Under the pieces are notes generated by a model. The model had not been told where the DNA came from and did no database searches. It saw only the letters and a program-made list of their open reading frames with translations. DNA of 64,000 bases from an uncultured Planctomycetia bacterium (GTDB lineage Bacteria; Omnitrophota; Gorgyraeia; B26-G9), in NCBI GenBank assembly GCA_964437495.1, contig CAYTGV010000003.1, positions 17,910 to 81,909 of the forward strand, in the 5' to 3' direction. Positions 29,810 to 39,267 of the stretch are shown piece after piece. A program made the position numbers and the translations under genes. Positions within the stretch are counted from its first letter, which is position 1, and each line of letters opens with the position of its first letter.

Positions 29810-32800
29810 ATGAGCTCTGATTTAACCTTTATAACCAATGAAAAGAATAAGCACTTACTTGACCGCTTTAAAGTTCTTATTAAAGACACACGTTTCTTTG
29901 ATGTTCTTGTCGGGTATTTTTATACAAGTGGTTTTCATGCCTTATATAAATCATTAGAATCTACTGAGAAGATCAGAATTCTTATTGGTATCAGCACTAA
30001 TAAAGAGACTGTTACTCTTTTTAATAAAGCAAATTATAATCTCCAGCCAACCTTTCAGTTTTCTCATGCAGAAGTTAAAAAGGAATTTGAAAATCATGTA
30101 AGTGAAGAGATGGAGAATTCGGAAGATAATCCCCATGTCGAAGAAGGGGTTTTAAAGTTCATTGAATGGCTAAAAATTGGAAAGCTTGAGATCAAAGCTT
30201 ATCCAACTCAAAATATACATGCAAAACTCTACATTATGACCTTTACTGAAGATGATCGCGATAAAGGGAGGGTGATAACAGGTTCAAGTAATTTTACTGA
30301 AGCTGGATTAAGGGATAACTTAGAATTTAATGTTGAGTTAAAAAATAGATCGGACTACGATTTTTCCTTGCAGAAATTCAATGAGCTTTGGGAAGATGCA
30401 GTAGATGTTAAAGATAAGTATATTGAGTCTATTCAGACAAAAACGTGGTTGAATGATACTATTACGCCTTATGAGTTGTATTTAAAGTTTTTATATGAAT
30501 ATTTTAAAGAAGATTTGAGTCAACCTGAAGAGGTTTTTTACCGTTATGTCCCTTCAGAATTCATGAAGCTTGAATATCAAGAACAAGCAGTATTGAATGC
30601 AAAGCGAATTCTTGATGAGTATGGCGGGGTTTTTATTTCTGATGTTGTTGGTTTAGGAAAAACTTATGTTTCTGCCTTACTTGCGCAACAATTAGATGGG
30701 CGGACATTAGTTATTGCTCCCCCGGTTCTTTTAGATAAGTGTAATCCGGGGTCGTGGCCAAATGTATTTTCTGATTTTAAAGTGGCTGCTGATTTCGAAT
30801 CATTAGGCAAGTTAGATAGCTTAATTAAAAGAGGAGCAGATAAATATAAAAATATCTTTATTGATGAAGCTCATCGTTTTAGAACAGAAACTAATATGAC
30901 CTATGAAAAGCTTGCTCAAATTTGCAGGGGCAAACGAATAATTTTAGTTACAGCAACTCCTTACAATAACTCTCCTAAAGATATTTTAAGTCAGATTAAG
31001 CTCTTTCAAAAAGGCAGGAATAGCACTATTCCTAATCTACCTGATTTGGAAAGGTTTTTTGGGGCTTTAGGGAAAAGAATAAAGAAGCTTGATAGACAGA
31101 AAGATTATAAAGAATATATAAGTATTGTTAGAAATAATGCGAAAGAAATCAGAGAAAAAGTTTTAAAATATTTAATGGTTCGGCGCACTCGCAATGAAAT
31201 CGTCAACCATTTTTCAAGGGATTTAAAAGAGCAAAATTTGAAGTTTCCAGATGTAGCTGATCCTGAAGCTATATTCTACGAATTAAATGATGAGGAAGAT
31301 AAGGTTTTTACTCAGACTATAGAGCTTATTGCTAAGAAGTTTAAATATTCTCGTTACACCCCATTATTATATTATCAAGGGAAAATTACCCAACCAGAAG
31401 AGTTAGCTCAAAGAAATATGGGCAAGTTCATGAAAATTCTTTTGATTAAAAGACTAGAGAGTAGCTTTTTTGCTTTTAGAAATTCTATAAGTAGATTTAT
31501 TGTTTCGTATACCCACTTTTTGAATGAACTAGATAAAGGCAATGTTTATGTCAGTAAAAAGCATATGAGTAAATTATTTGACTTGCTAGAAAATGACGAT
31601 GAAGAAGCAATTCAACGACTAATAGAAGAAGATAAAGCTAAAAAATATGATGCAAAAGATTTCAAAAAAGATTTTAAAAATGACTTAAAACATGATTTAG
31701 GAATATTATTAACCATTAAGAGGTTATGGGAAACCGTAAAAAGAGACCCTAAGCTTTTAGCGGCAAAACAGAAGTTGTCATCGAGGAAAATACTTAAAGA
31801 GCAAAAACTGATTATTTTTACTGAATCAAAAGAAACTGCTGATTATTTGTCAGGACATCTCAACGAATTATATAAAGATAAAGTTTTATGTTTTTCAGGC
31901 AGTTCTAGCGCTAGGATAAGAGAAAGGGTAATTGAAAATTTTGATGCAAAGGCTAGATATCCGAAGGATGATTATAGAATTCTTGTAAGTACAGAGGTTC
32001 TTTCAGAAGGTGTTAATTTGCATAGGTCCAATGTAGTTATTAATTACGACATTCCTTGGAATCCAACCCGTTTAATGCAAAGGGTAGGGCGAATTAATCG
32101 TGTCGATACAAAATTTAATAAGATTCATAGTTTTAATTTTTTTCCGACTAAGCAGTCAAATGATCAGATTAAACTGAAAGAGGCTGCTGAAGGTAAAATC
32201 CATGCTTTTATTTCAATGCTTGGAGCAGATGCTCGGTTGCTCACTGAAGGTGAGCCTATTGAGTCATTCGAATTGTTTAATAAATTACTTTCTAAAAAGA
32301 CGATTACTGGGGAAGATGAGCATGAGGAAAGCGAGTTGAAATATTTACAAGTTATAAAGGAGATTCGAGATAAAAACATAGACTTATTTGAAAAAGTAAA
32401 ACGATTGCCAAAAAAATCTAGGACAGCAAGGATTTTAAAAGATGCAAAAAATGCCCTTCTTACTTATTTTCGAAAGGGCAAATTACATAAGTTTTATATG
32501 GTAAGAATGAAGACTGAACCCGAGGAATTAGATTTTATTTCTGCAGCAAAGCGGTTGGAGGCTAGCCAGAGTGAGAAACGAGAAAAAATAAGTAAAGATT
32601 TATATGAGTTGTTAGAGAAAAATAAGCAAGCTTTTCATCATGCCACATTTGAAGAAGTGCCTGAGATTAAAGGGAAAGGTGGTCGTGATACTGTAACTTT
32701 AGTGTTAAGGATTCTTAAAACGAATGATATCAGGCGTTATAAGGGGTATACAGAGGATGATGAGCTCTATATTAAAAAAGTAATCAAAGAGGTAGAAGAA

Positions 32801-33001
32801 GGCGGTCTACCCAGACAAACTTCAAAGACTTTATTGAAAGAACTTCAAAAAGAATTGAAAAAAGGAGTTAATCCATTAAAGATATTAGCAATTTTAAAGA
32901 TGAATATTCCTGCTGAATTTTTACAAGAAGCTGCTTTTCAAACTGCTGCTCAAATTTTCGGCCCCAGAGAAGTGATTTTATCAGAATATTTTAAAGGTTG
33001 A
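29810..33001 (+). CDS. PLD-family (HKD) nuclease domain fused to SNF2/DEAD-like helicase (1063 aa)
   Basis: N-terminal NIHAKLYIMTF ... ITGSSNFTEAG is the HxK(x)4D(x)6GSxN PLD motif. Helicase domain shows Walker A GLGKTYVSALLA, DEAH-like FIDEAHRF, motif VI MQRVGRINR, and C-terminal STEVLSEGVNLHRSNVVINYDIPWNP. Confidence 0.8.
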   Translation: MSSDLTFITNEKNKHLLDRFKVLIKDTRFFDVLVGYFYTSGFHALYKSLESTEKIRILIGISTNKETVTLFNKANYNLQPTFQFSHAEVKKEFENHVSEEMENSEDNPHVEEGVLKFIEWLKIGKLEIKAYPTQNIHAKLYIMTFTEDDRDKGRVITGSSNFTEAGLRDNLEFNVELKNRSDYDFSLQKFNELWEDAVDVKDKYIESIQTKTWLNDTITPYELYLKFLYEYFKEDLSQPEEVFYRYVPSEFMKLEYQEQAVLNAKRILDEYGGVFISDVVGLGKTYVSALLAQQLDGRTLVIAPPVLLDKCNPGSWPNVFSDFKVAADFESLGKLDSLIKRGADKYKNIFIDEAHRFRTETNMTYEKLAQICRGKRIILVTATPYNNSPKDILSQIKLFQKGRNSTIPNLPDLERFFGALGKRIKKLDRQKDYKEYISIVRNNAKEIREKVLKYLMVRRTRNEIVNHFSRDLKEQNLKFPDVADPEAIFYELNDEEDKVFTQTIELIAKKFKYSRYTPLLYYQGKITQPEELAQRNMGKFMKILLIKRLESSFFAFRNSISRFIVSYTHFLNELDKGNVYVSKKHMSKLFDLLENDDEEAIQRLIEEDKAKKYDAKDFKKDFKNDLKHDLGILLTIKRLWETVKRDPKLLAAKQKLSSRKILKEQKLIIFTESKETADYLSGHLNELYKDKVLCFSGSSSARIRERVIENFDAKARYPKDDYRILVSTEVLSEGVNLHRSNVVINYDIPWNPTRLMQRVGRINRVDTKFNKIHSFNFFPTKQSNDQIKLKEAAEGKIHAFISMLGADARLLTEGEPIESFELFNKLLSKKTITGEDEHEESELKYLQVIKEIRDKNIDLFEKVKRLPKKSRTARILKDAKNALLTYFRKGKLHKFYMVRMKTEPEELDFISAAKRLEASQSEKREKISKDLYELLEKNKQAFHHATFEEVPEIKGKGGRDTVTLVLRILKTNDIRRYKGYTEDDELYIKKVIKEVEEGGLPRQTSKTLLKELQKELKKGVNPLKILAILKMNIPAEFLQEAAFQTAAQIFGPREVILSEYFKG

Positions 33002-33005
33002 CCTA

Positions 33006-36000
33006 ATGGAAAGAAAGCAAGCAAATAAGATAGTCAAAGATACTTTTGAAAATCCCTTCAATAAAGAACAATTCGTCTATTTTATCAAAAACCTTCTTAA
33101 TCATATTGAAGAAACTCCTGGTACGCTTTATCGTGGTAATTATATTCCTGATGCTTATGCTCCTTATGTAAATACATTAGAGCGTTTAGGTAAATATTTA
33201 GATGCTGATGAACGGTCAATAGATGTATTGATAGTTAATCTTAAAAAAAATACTTCTCTAGAGCGTGCACGTACTATGCAGCGTAATTTTATTGCTTGGT
33301 ATTTGAATGGTAGTCGAGGAGGGGTATTAAAAGATGCTGCATTGGTTGCTTTTGTTTCTCCAGCACAAGAAGATTGGAGATTTTCTCTAGTAAAAATGGA
33401 GTATAGTTTAGATACCAGCGGAGAAAAGGTTAAAACAAAAAAAGAGTTAACCCCTGCCAGAAGATTTTCTTTCTTAGTTGGAAAAAATGAAAATACGCAT
33501 ACTGCCCAAAGTTACTTATCCCCTATAATAGCTGATGAGAGTAAAGATTTAAATTTAAGTAATATAGAGAATGCCTTCAGTATTGAAAAAGTAACAAAAG
33601 AATTCTTTGAAAAATATAGAGATTTATTTCTTAAATTGACAGACTCTCTAAATGAGATAGTTAAAAAAGATCAAAAAGTTAGGGCTGATTTTAAAAACAG
33701 AGGAGTAGAAACTGTAAATTTTACCAAAAAGCTTTTAGGGCAGGTAGTATTTCTTTATTTTTTGCAAAAGAAAGGTTGGTTTGGAGTAGGAAGAGATGAA
33801 GAGTGGGGAACAGGACCTAAGAATTTTTTAAGGCTTCTTTTTGAGAAAAAGATTGTTGATTATAATAATTTTTTCAATGATATTTTGGAACCATTGTTCT
33901 ATGAGGCATTAGCTACTGAAAGAGAAGATAGTTTTTATAGCAGATTTAACTGTAAAATTCCATTTTTAAATGGCGGATTATTTGATCCTATTAATAATTA
34001 CGATTGGGTTCATACCGATATTGTTTTATTAAATGATATTTTCTCAAATAAGCATAAGACAAAAGAAGGTGATGAAGGGTCAGGAATTTTAGATGTTTTT
34101 GATAGATATAATTTTACTGTTAAGGAAGATGAGCCGCTTGAAAAAGAAGTAGCCGTAGACCCTGAAATGCTTGGTAAGGTTTTTGAGAATTTATTGGAAG
34201 TAAAAGATAGAAAGTCCAAAGGTACTTATTATACTCCCAGAGAGATTGTGCACTATATGTGCCAACAAAGTTTATGCAATTATTTGGCAGAAGAGCTTAA
34301 GGAAAAAATCACAAAAGAAGAGATTGATACGCTTATAAAATACGGAGAAAGTGCTATAGAACATGATAGTAGAGTTGAAACCTATGGAAAAGAAACAAAA
34401 ACTTATTCTTTTAAACTTTCTGAGAATATTAGAAAGAATGCATCTTTAATTGATGAAAAACTTTCGGATATTCGTGTATGTGATCCTGCTGTTGGTTCTG
34501 GAGCTTTTCTCGTTGGAATGATGAACGAAATTGTTCGTGTCCGCAATGCTTTAACTACCTATTTAAGAGATAAAAAGCAAAGAACCTTTTATGATTTTAA
34601 ACGGAATGCTATCCATTATTCTCTTTATGGGGTAGATATGGATCCAGGTGCTACTGAGATAGCTAAACTTAGACTTTGGTTGTCACTTGTTGTAGATGAA
34701 GAAGATATTAAACAAATTAAACCATTGCCTAATTTGGACTATAAGATTATGCAGGGCAATAGTCTAATTGAGGATTTAGTTATTAACAATATTGTTATTA
34801 AGTTTAATCTAGATGATGTAGTTAAAGTTGATCGTCGTACCAAGAAAACAAAAGAGTTATTTAAAAAAGAAGTGCAGCATACACTTTTTAAAGATAAAAG
34901 TGAGGATATTTTTGAAGAATTAAAGAAGTTGCATTCTGTTTATTTTGAAGAGAATAATAAAAACAAGAGGTTAATTTTAAAAGAAAAGATTGTTAGTACA
35001 GAGCAGTTATTTATAACAGCAAAATGCGAAGAAGAAATAGAGCGGTTAAATGTATTTAAGAATAATTGTCGAGATAGAAAAAGAATAAGCAATGTCGAAA
35101 GTCAAATAAAAACCATTCATTCTACGCTTCGTAAATTAAAAAAAGAAGGAACAAAACCTTTTTTCTTATGGAAGCTTAATTTTTCTGAAGTTTTTATTGA
35201 TAAAGGTGGGTTTGATGTGATTGTGGGGAATCCTCCTTATGTTCAGCTTCAAAAAACTGGTGGAGAATTAGCTAATGTTTATGAGCAGTGCGATTATGTT
35301 ACTTTTTCACGGACTGGTGACATTTATACATTATTTTATGAAAAAGCTCATCGCTTGTTGCGGACTCATGGGATAGCTTGTTTGATAACTTCTAATAAAT
35401 GGATGCGGGCTGGATATGGCAAATTGATTCGTAGGTACTTTATAGATGTTGTTTCTCTTCTTATTCTTATTGATTTTGGTGATGCACCATTATTCAAGAA
35501 TGCAACAACTTATACCAATATACTTCTTTTTAAGAATATTCCACCTAGTGATTGCAGATGTTCTGTTTATGACTTAAGTAAAGAGAAAGGCGTAGAGGGT
35601 AGATTATTATATTACCTCAGGAACTTGCAAGGAAAATATATTTCCAATTTTACAGAGGTAAGTTATTTGATTGTTAATAAATATGAATTCCAAATAAAGC
35701 AGAAGGTTGAAGCTAAAGGCATACCATTAAAAAATTGGGATATTGATATTTATCGGGGTATTTTGACTGGATTCAATGAAGCTTTTATTATTAACACCGA
35801 GATAAAAGAACGTTTATGCCGGGAAGATCCTAATTGTTTAAAAATTATTAAACCTATATTGAGAGGGCGGGATGTTAAAAGGTATAAAGCGGAATTTGCT
35901 GGATTGTGGTTGATTAATACCCACAATGGTTATGATAATGAGCCTCCAGTTGATATTAATGATTATCCAGTAATTAAAGATTATTTGAAGGAGATTGAAA

Positions 36001-36530
36001 GGAAACGTGTGGCTGGCGAGTATGGAGAAAAGGCCAAAAAAGCTAAAGGATTATTTAAGCGTGATGATCAGGGCATAACACCTTATAACTTAAGAAATTG
36101 TGCATATATCCCTAGTTTAGAGTTGGGTAAGATTATTTGGGCAGAAATAGTATTTGATTCTGCATTTTATTATGATGAGGATAACTATTATCCTGAGGCA
36201 ACATGTTTTGTCATGATAGGTAATAGGTTAAAGTACTTACAGGCTCTACTAAATTCTAAATTACTAACGTTTGCATTTAGAAAGTATTATGCTGGAGGAG
36301 ATTTAAGAGGTAATACTTTTAGATACAAGAAAGTTTTTGTTGAAAAACTGCCTGTGCTACGAATTTCTGAGCGCGAACAGCAATCTTTTGGAAAAATAGT
36401 AGATAAGATAGTTGGTGATAAAAAGAAAGGTAAAGATACTCTTATTTTGGAAGAAGAAATTGATGAACTTGTGTTTGATCTCTATGCTTTGACTGCAGAA
36501 GAACGAGAACAGGTAAGGAATTCATACTAA
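33006..36530 (+). CDS. large gamma-class N6-adenine DNA methyltransferase with C-terminal target-recognition region (PglX/MmeI-like, 1174 aa)
   Basis: Motif I VCDPAVGSGAFLVG (FxGxG), motif IV VGNPPYVQ (NPPY), about 430 aa C-terminal extension; separated by 4 nt from helicase gene (operon). Confidence 0.75.
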   Translation: MERKQANKIVKDTFENPFNKEQFVYFIKNLLNHIEETPGTLYRGNYIPDAYAPYVNTLERLGKYLDADERSIDVLIVNLKKNTSLERARTMQRNFIAWYLNGSRGGVLKDAALVAFVSPAQEDWRFSLVKMEYSLDTSGEKVKTKKELTPARRFSFLVGKNENTHTAQSYLSPIIADESKDLNLSNIENAFSIEKVTKEFFEKYRDLFLKLTDSLNEIVKKDQKVRADFKNRGVETVNFTKKLLGQVVFLYFLQKKGWFGVGRDEEWGTGPKNFLRLLFEKKIVDYNNFFNDILEPLFYEALATEREDSFYSRFNCKIPFLNGGLFDPINNYDWVHTDIVLLNDIFSNKHKTKEGDEGSGILDVFDRYNFTVKEDEPLEKEVAVDPEMLGKVFENLLEVKDRKSKGTYYTPREIVHYMCQQSLCNYLAEELKEKITKEEIDTLIKYGESAIEHDSRVETYGKETKTYSFKLSENIRKNASLIDEKLSDIRVCDPAVGSGAFLVGMMNEIVRVRNALTTYLRDKKQRTFYDFKRNAIHYSLYGVDMDPGATEIAKLRLWLSLVVDEEDIKQIKPLPNLDYKIMQGNSLIEDLVINNIVIKFNLDDVVKVDRRTKKTKELFKKEVQHTLFKDKSEDIFEELKKLHSVYFEENNKNKRLILKEKIVSTEQLFITAKCEEEIERLNVFKNNCRDRKRISNVESQIKTIHSTLRKLKKEGTKPFFLWKLNFSEVFIDKGGFDVIVGNPPYVQLQKTGGELANVYEQCDYVTFSRTGDIYTLFYEKAHRLLRTHGIACLITSNKWMRAGYGKLIRRYFIDVVSLLILIDFGDAPLFKNATTYTNILLFKNIPPSDCRCSVYDLSKEKGVEGRLLYYLRNLQGKYISNFTEVSYLIVNKYEFQIKQKVEAKGIPLKNWDIDIYRGILTGFNEAFIINTEIKERLCREDPNCLKIIKPILRGRDVKRYKAEFAGLWLINTHNGYDNEPPVDINDYPVIKDYLKEIERKRVAGEYGEKAKKAKGLFKRDDQGITPYNLRNCAYIPSLELGKIIWAEIVFDSAFYYDEDNYYPEATCFVMIGNRLKYLQALLNSKLLTFAFRKYYAGGDLRGNTFRYKKVFVEKLPVLRISEREQQSFGKIVDKIVGDKKKGKDTLILEEEIDELVFDLYALTAEEREQVRNSY

Positions 36531-36626
36531 TATTCCCGCCCTTTGCAATCGCAGTCGTCCGGCTTCATCCCGATAATTCGGTATTCCGCAACGTACTTTG
36601 TGCGCTTGCCCCCCCCCTAAAGGAAA

Positions 36627-36966
36627 CAAAAACACACCTTTTTAAAAAAATATTTCGCCGCCGCCAAAAAAAGAAATAAACGTTCAATTATGAGGGTTTT
36701 GCTCGGGAGAGGACGCAGGGATGCTAAACGAAGCCATTTCTGGCGAAGTGAGGCAGACCAAAGCCGGATCGTAGTAACGCATGAGCACGAAGCGAGCGGC
36801 CCAGCGAGCGAGGCAGTGAGCCGAAGCCCCAGCTGAGGCGAACGGTGCAAACACTGCCCAAGTAGCCCCGCCGAAGGCGGGGCGGTGCATCATAAAGTCA
36901 ATTCAGGTAGGAAAACAGTAAAAAGGAATGGTTTGAGAACTTTGTAGAGTGCAATCCAAGGGTCAA
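36627..36966 (-). repeat. GC-rich repeat 'a' (copy 2, inverted)
   Basis: Reverse complement aligns base-for-base with 26362-26692, with scattered substitutions. Confidence 0.7.
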
Positions 36967-37141
36967 CCGAATGTCTTAATGTAGAAACTTTTCGGCGAAT
37001 TTTTGTAAGCCGTTGATTTTGTTGACATTGTGATTTTCTTTCTGTTTCTGAAAACAAAAAATTAAAAGGGGGGAAAAGAGAAAAAGAAATTCTTTTATGG
37101 GGTCGAGCGCCGCCGATGGCGGGGGCGATTTTGATGTTTTT
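36967..37141 (-). repeat. inverted copy of miaB promoter/5'-start segment 'r' (near-identical to 45395-45569); with repeat 'a' forms an attP-like junction
   Basis: Reverse complement of 36967-37141 is almost identical to 45395-45569, including ttctacattaagacaTTCGGttg; continues into repeat 'a' instead of miaB. Confidence 0.7.
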
Positions 37142-37142
37142 C

Positions 37143-37318
37143 GTCTTGCTCTCGCTAATGTCTCGCAATCCGTCACACATCTCCCTAGATGTGCGTTAAA
37201 AAGCAGAAAAAAAGAAAAACCCCCACCCACCCGAAAATTGTCTCTGTGCTCGGACTTCTACGCCTCTGGCGTATTCGTTCCCTGCGCTCAGAGCCAATTT
37301 GTTCCCCCTAAAAATGGA
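37143..37318 (+). repeat. repeat 'b' (copy 2), followed by TTGACA...TAAAGT promoter of second island operon
   Basis: Similarity to 26738-26852 (gtcttgctNtcg ... ccccacccacccg ... cctgcgctcagagcc). Confidence 0.5.
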
Positions 37319-37319
37319 G

Positions 37320-37348
37320 CTTGACAAAATATGACAAAATGTGTAAAG
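37320..37348 (+). promoter_or_regulatory. sigma70-like promoter TTGACA-N17-TAAAGT, about 10 nt before ATG 37359 (near-leaderless)
   Basis: ttgacaaaatatgacaaaatgtgtaaagt read directly. Confidence 0.45.
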
Positions 37349-37358
37349 TGGGTTCACT

Positions 37359-37541
37359 ATGGAAAAACGATATAATTTAAGCAAAGCGGCAAAAGAATTA
37401 GGCATCACTCGCCAAGGTCTTTATTACTGGATAAAGAAAGGGTGGGTTACGCCTAAACGTGATTTTAAGAATCATCCTGTTTTTACGGATGCTGATTTGA
37501 AAAAGATTAAAGGGTGGATGAATAAATTAAAGGATTCCTGA
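37359..37541 (+). CDS. excisionase/AlpA-like HTH DNA-binding protein (candidate recombination directionality factor or regulator), 60 aa
   Basis: LSKAAKELGITRQGLYYWIKKGWV helix-turn-helix of excisionase-type; first gene of second island operon. Confidence 0.5.
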   Translation: MEKRYNLSKAAKELGITRQGLYYWIKKGWVTPKRDFKNHPVFTDADLKKIKGWMNKLKDS

Positions 37542-37543
37542 TT

Positions 37544-39148
37544 ATGAATATTGAAATCTTTATTGGGTTCTTAGGGCTTTTGATTACGATGTATGCTATT
37601 GCCCCAGAGGTGGTCAAGGCTAGGGTTCATGCTTTTATTAATCCATTGCTGTTTAAAATCGCGATACCTTTATATATAGTTGTATCTTTGTGCGTTCTTT
37701 ATTTTGAGCATTATTACTTAGATGATGTTTTAATGTGTGAAGTTTTATTTTGGGCAAAATATCTTTCTTATTGTGGGATATTCTTGTTAATATGGTTTAT
37801 CTATACATCTTTGAGAGATAGAAAGCTGGGGAAATCAAATATTGAAAGGTTTTATAAATTCCTAAAAGTTCTTTTGTCAAAGCAGCAGTTTTCAATATTA
37901 ATTGATATATTACATGGTAGTCTTAAATACATACTTCCATTATATAATGTTCAAGCAAAACCTGAAAAGTGTAAGAAATTAAAAAATACCATTATGGTTG
38001 GCGGCAAGGTTATTCCTTTTCCAGTTTTTCCATCTGATTCTTTTGAGACAGAGATTTCAAAAAAGATATTTAGAGACGTAATTTTTAACGAATCGTTCAT
38101 AAGGGCAAATATTCATTATGGGAAAAATTTTTCTATTGATTTTATAAGTGGTTGTAGAAAAAATAAAATACACATAAGTGATTATTCGGACTTGTTTCTT
38201 TATGAGCTTTTAAAAAACAAAGACTCTTTCCTCTATCAAGAATTAAAAGAAACGCTTACAGTCTATTCTCCAAGTAACGATGAATTTGATAGGTTTCCAT
38301 TTTTACATGTATTATTTGAGGATATTAAATACTTTAATGAACAGGGATTTTATAGAGGAATAGGGGAGTATGTCATTGAATTTGTTGATAGAAATATTGA
38401 CAGTAATAATGAGCGATATAGCCGTAGTACTAAATATTATTGGGATCAACGTGAGCGAGATGGTAAATACAAATGTCCTGTTTATATGGGACTTAGTTAT
38501 TTTACATATATGGTGAACAAGGCTATACGTGAGAATATTCAAAGCCATATGTGGCTTTTGTATGTTCATTATTGGGTTAAAGCGATATGTAAGAAAATGG
38601 TTTACTATGAAGATGAATGGCAGGGGGGCGGTGAGTTTCCTACAATTTACTGTTATTTGCTTTATGAGCTGCTTGGTATCCATGGCAATTGGGTTAAGCA
38701 TATATATGAAGTTTCAAGCGAGGAACAACATGGTAGTTCTTTTCAGCAGGACGATAAATCAATTGATATAAGTGAGGAAAGGGAGTTAATTTTAGAATGG
38801 ATACTTAAGGATATGCTTTATTGTGCTGATAGTATCGCGCAATGTGAAGCCATCCCCTATGATAAGCGTGTGTACTTACTTAAAACGTTTATGGGTGTAA
38901 ATATTGGGATAAAAAGCAACTTTTCTCAATACGGGAAAGCTTGTATTGCAAAAGCCACCAATTTAAATAAAGTTATTAGTATATATATAGATGAGTTTGA
39001 AAAAAGAATACGTAACAAGAATTACTCAAAAGCTTTTAACGAAGATTTAAAAAATGCGTGTCAAGATGCATTAGAATCAATGGATACAATTCCTTTAGAC
39101 AGTAATATTGTTAGATTTTGGAAGGGCTGGCTCAGTGGATTACAGTAA
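37544..39148 (+). CDS. membrane-anchored protein of unknown function (534 aa; 3 N-terminal TM helices + large cytoplasmic domain)
   Basis: Hydrophobic segments at residues about 5-20, 40-55, 75-90; no recognisable catalytic motif; start 3 nt after HTH gene stop. Confidence 0.4.
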   Translation: MNIEIFIGFLGLLITMYAIAPEVVKARVHAFINPLLFKIAIPLYIVVSLCVLYFEHYYLDDVLMCEVLFWAKYLSYCGIFLLIWFIYTSLRDRKLGKSNIERFYKFLKVLLSKQQFSILIDILHGSLKYILPLYNVQAKPEKCKKLKNTIMVGGKVIPFPVFPSDSFETEISKKIFRDVIFNESFIRANIHYGKNFSIDFISGCRKNKIHISDYSDLFLYELLKNKDSFLYQELKETLTVYSPSNDEFDRFPFLHVLFEDIKYFNEQGFYRGIGEYVIEFVDRNIDSNNERYSRSTKYYWDQRERDGKYKCPVYMGLSYFTYMVNKAIRENIQSHMWLLYVHYWVKAICKKMVYYEDEWQGGGEFPTIYCYLLYELLGIHGNWVKHIYEVSSEEQHGSSFQQDDKSIDISEERELILEWILKDMLYCADSIAQCEAIPYDKRVYLLKTFMGVNIGIKSNFSQYGKACIAKATNLNKVISIYIDEFEKRIRNKNYSKAFNEDLKNACQDALESMDTIPLDSNIVRFWKGWLSGLQ

Positions 39149-39267
39149 ATTATGAAAGTATCAATTTGTATAAGAGTTTCAACTGGAGACCAAGTTAAAG
39201 AGAGGTTACTCTAAGAAATCTAAATAGGTTGTTTTGAGGGCGTTGTTATTATTAAGATTTAAAATTT

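Noticed and set aside
36617-37408. ORFs 36617-36850, 36684-36893, 36890-37180, 36976-37230, 37097-37324 and 37196-37408 in the internal repeat region
   Set aside because: Same repeat DNA as above (inverted copy); the 'MMHRPAFGGATWA' peptide is just the reverse-strand reading of the GC hairpins. 36890-37180 duplicates the recombinase C-terminal reading frame by sequence identity, not as an independent gene.
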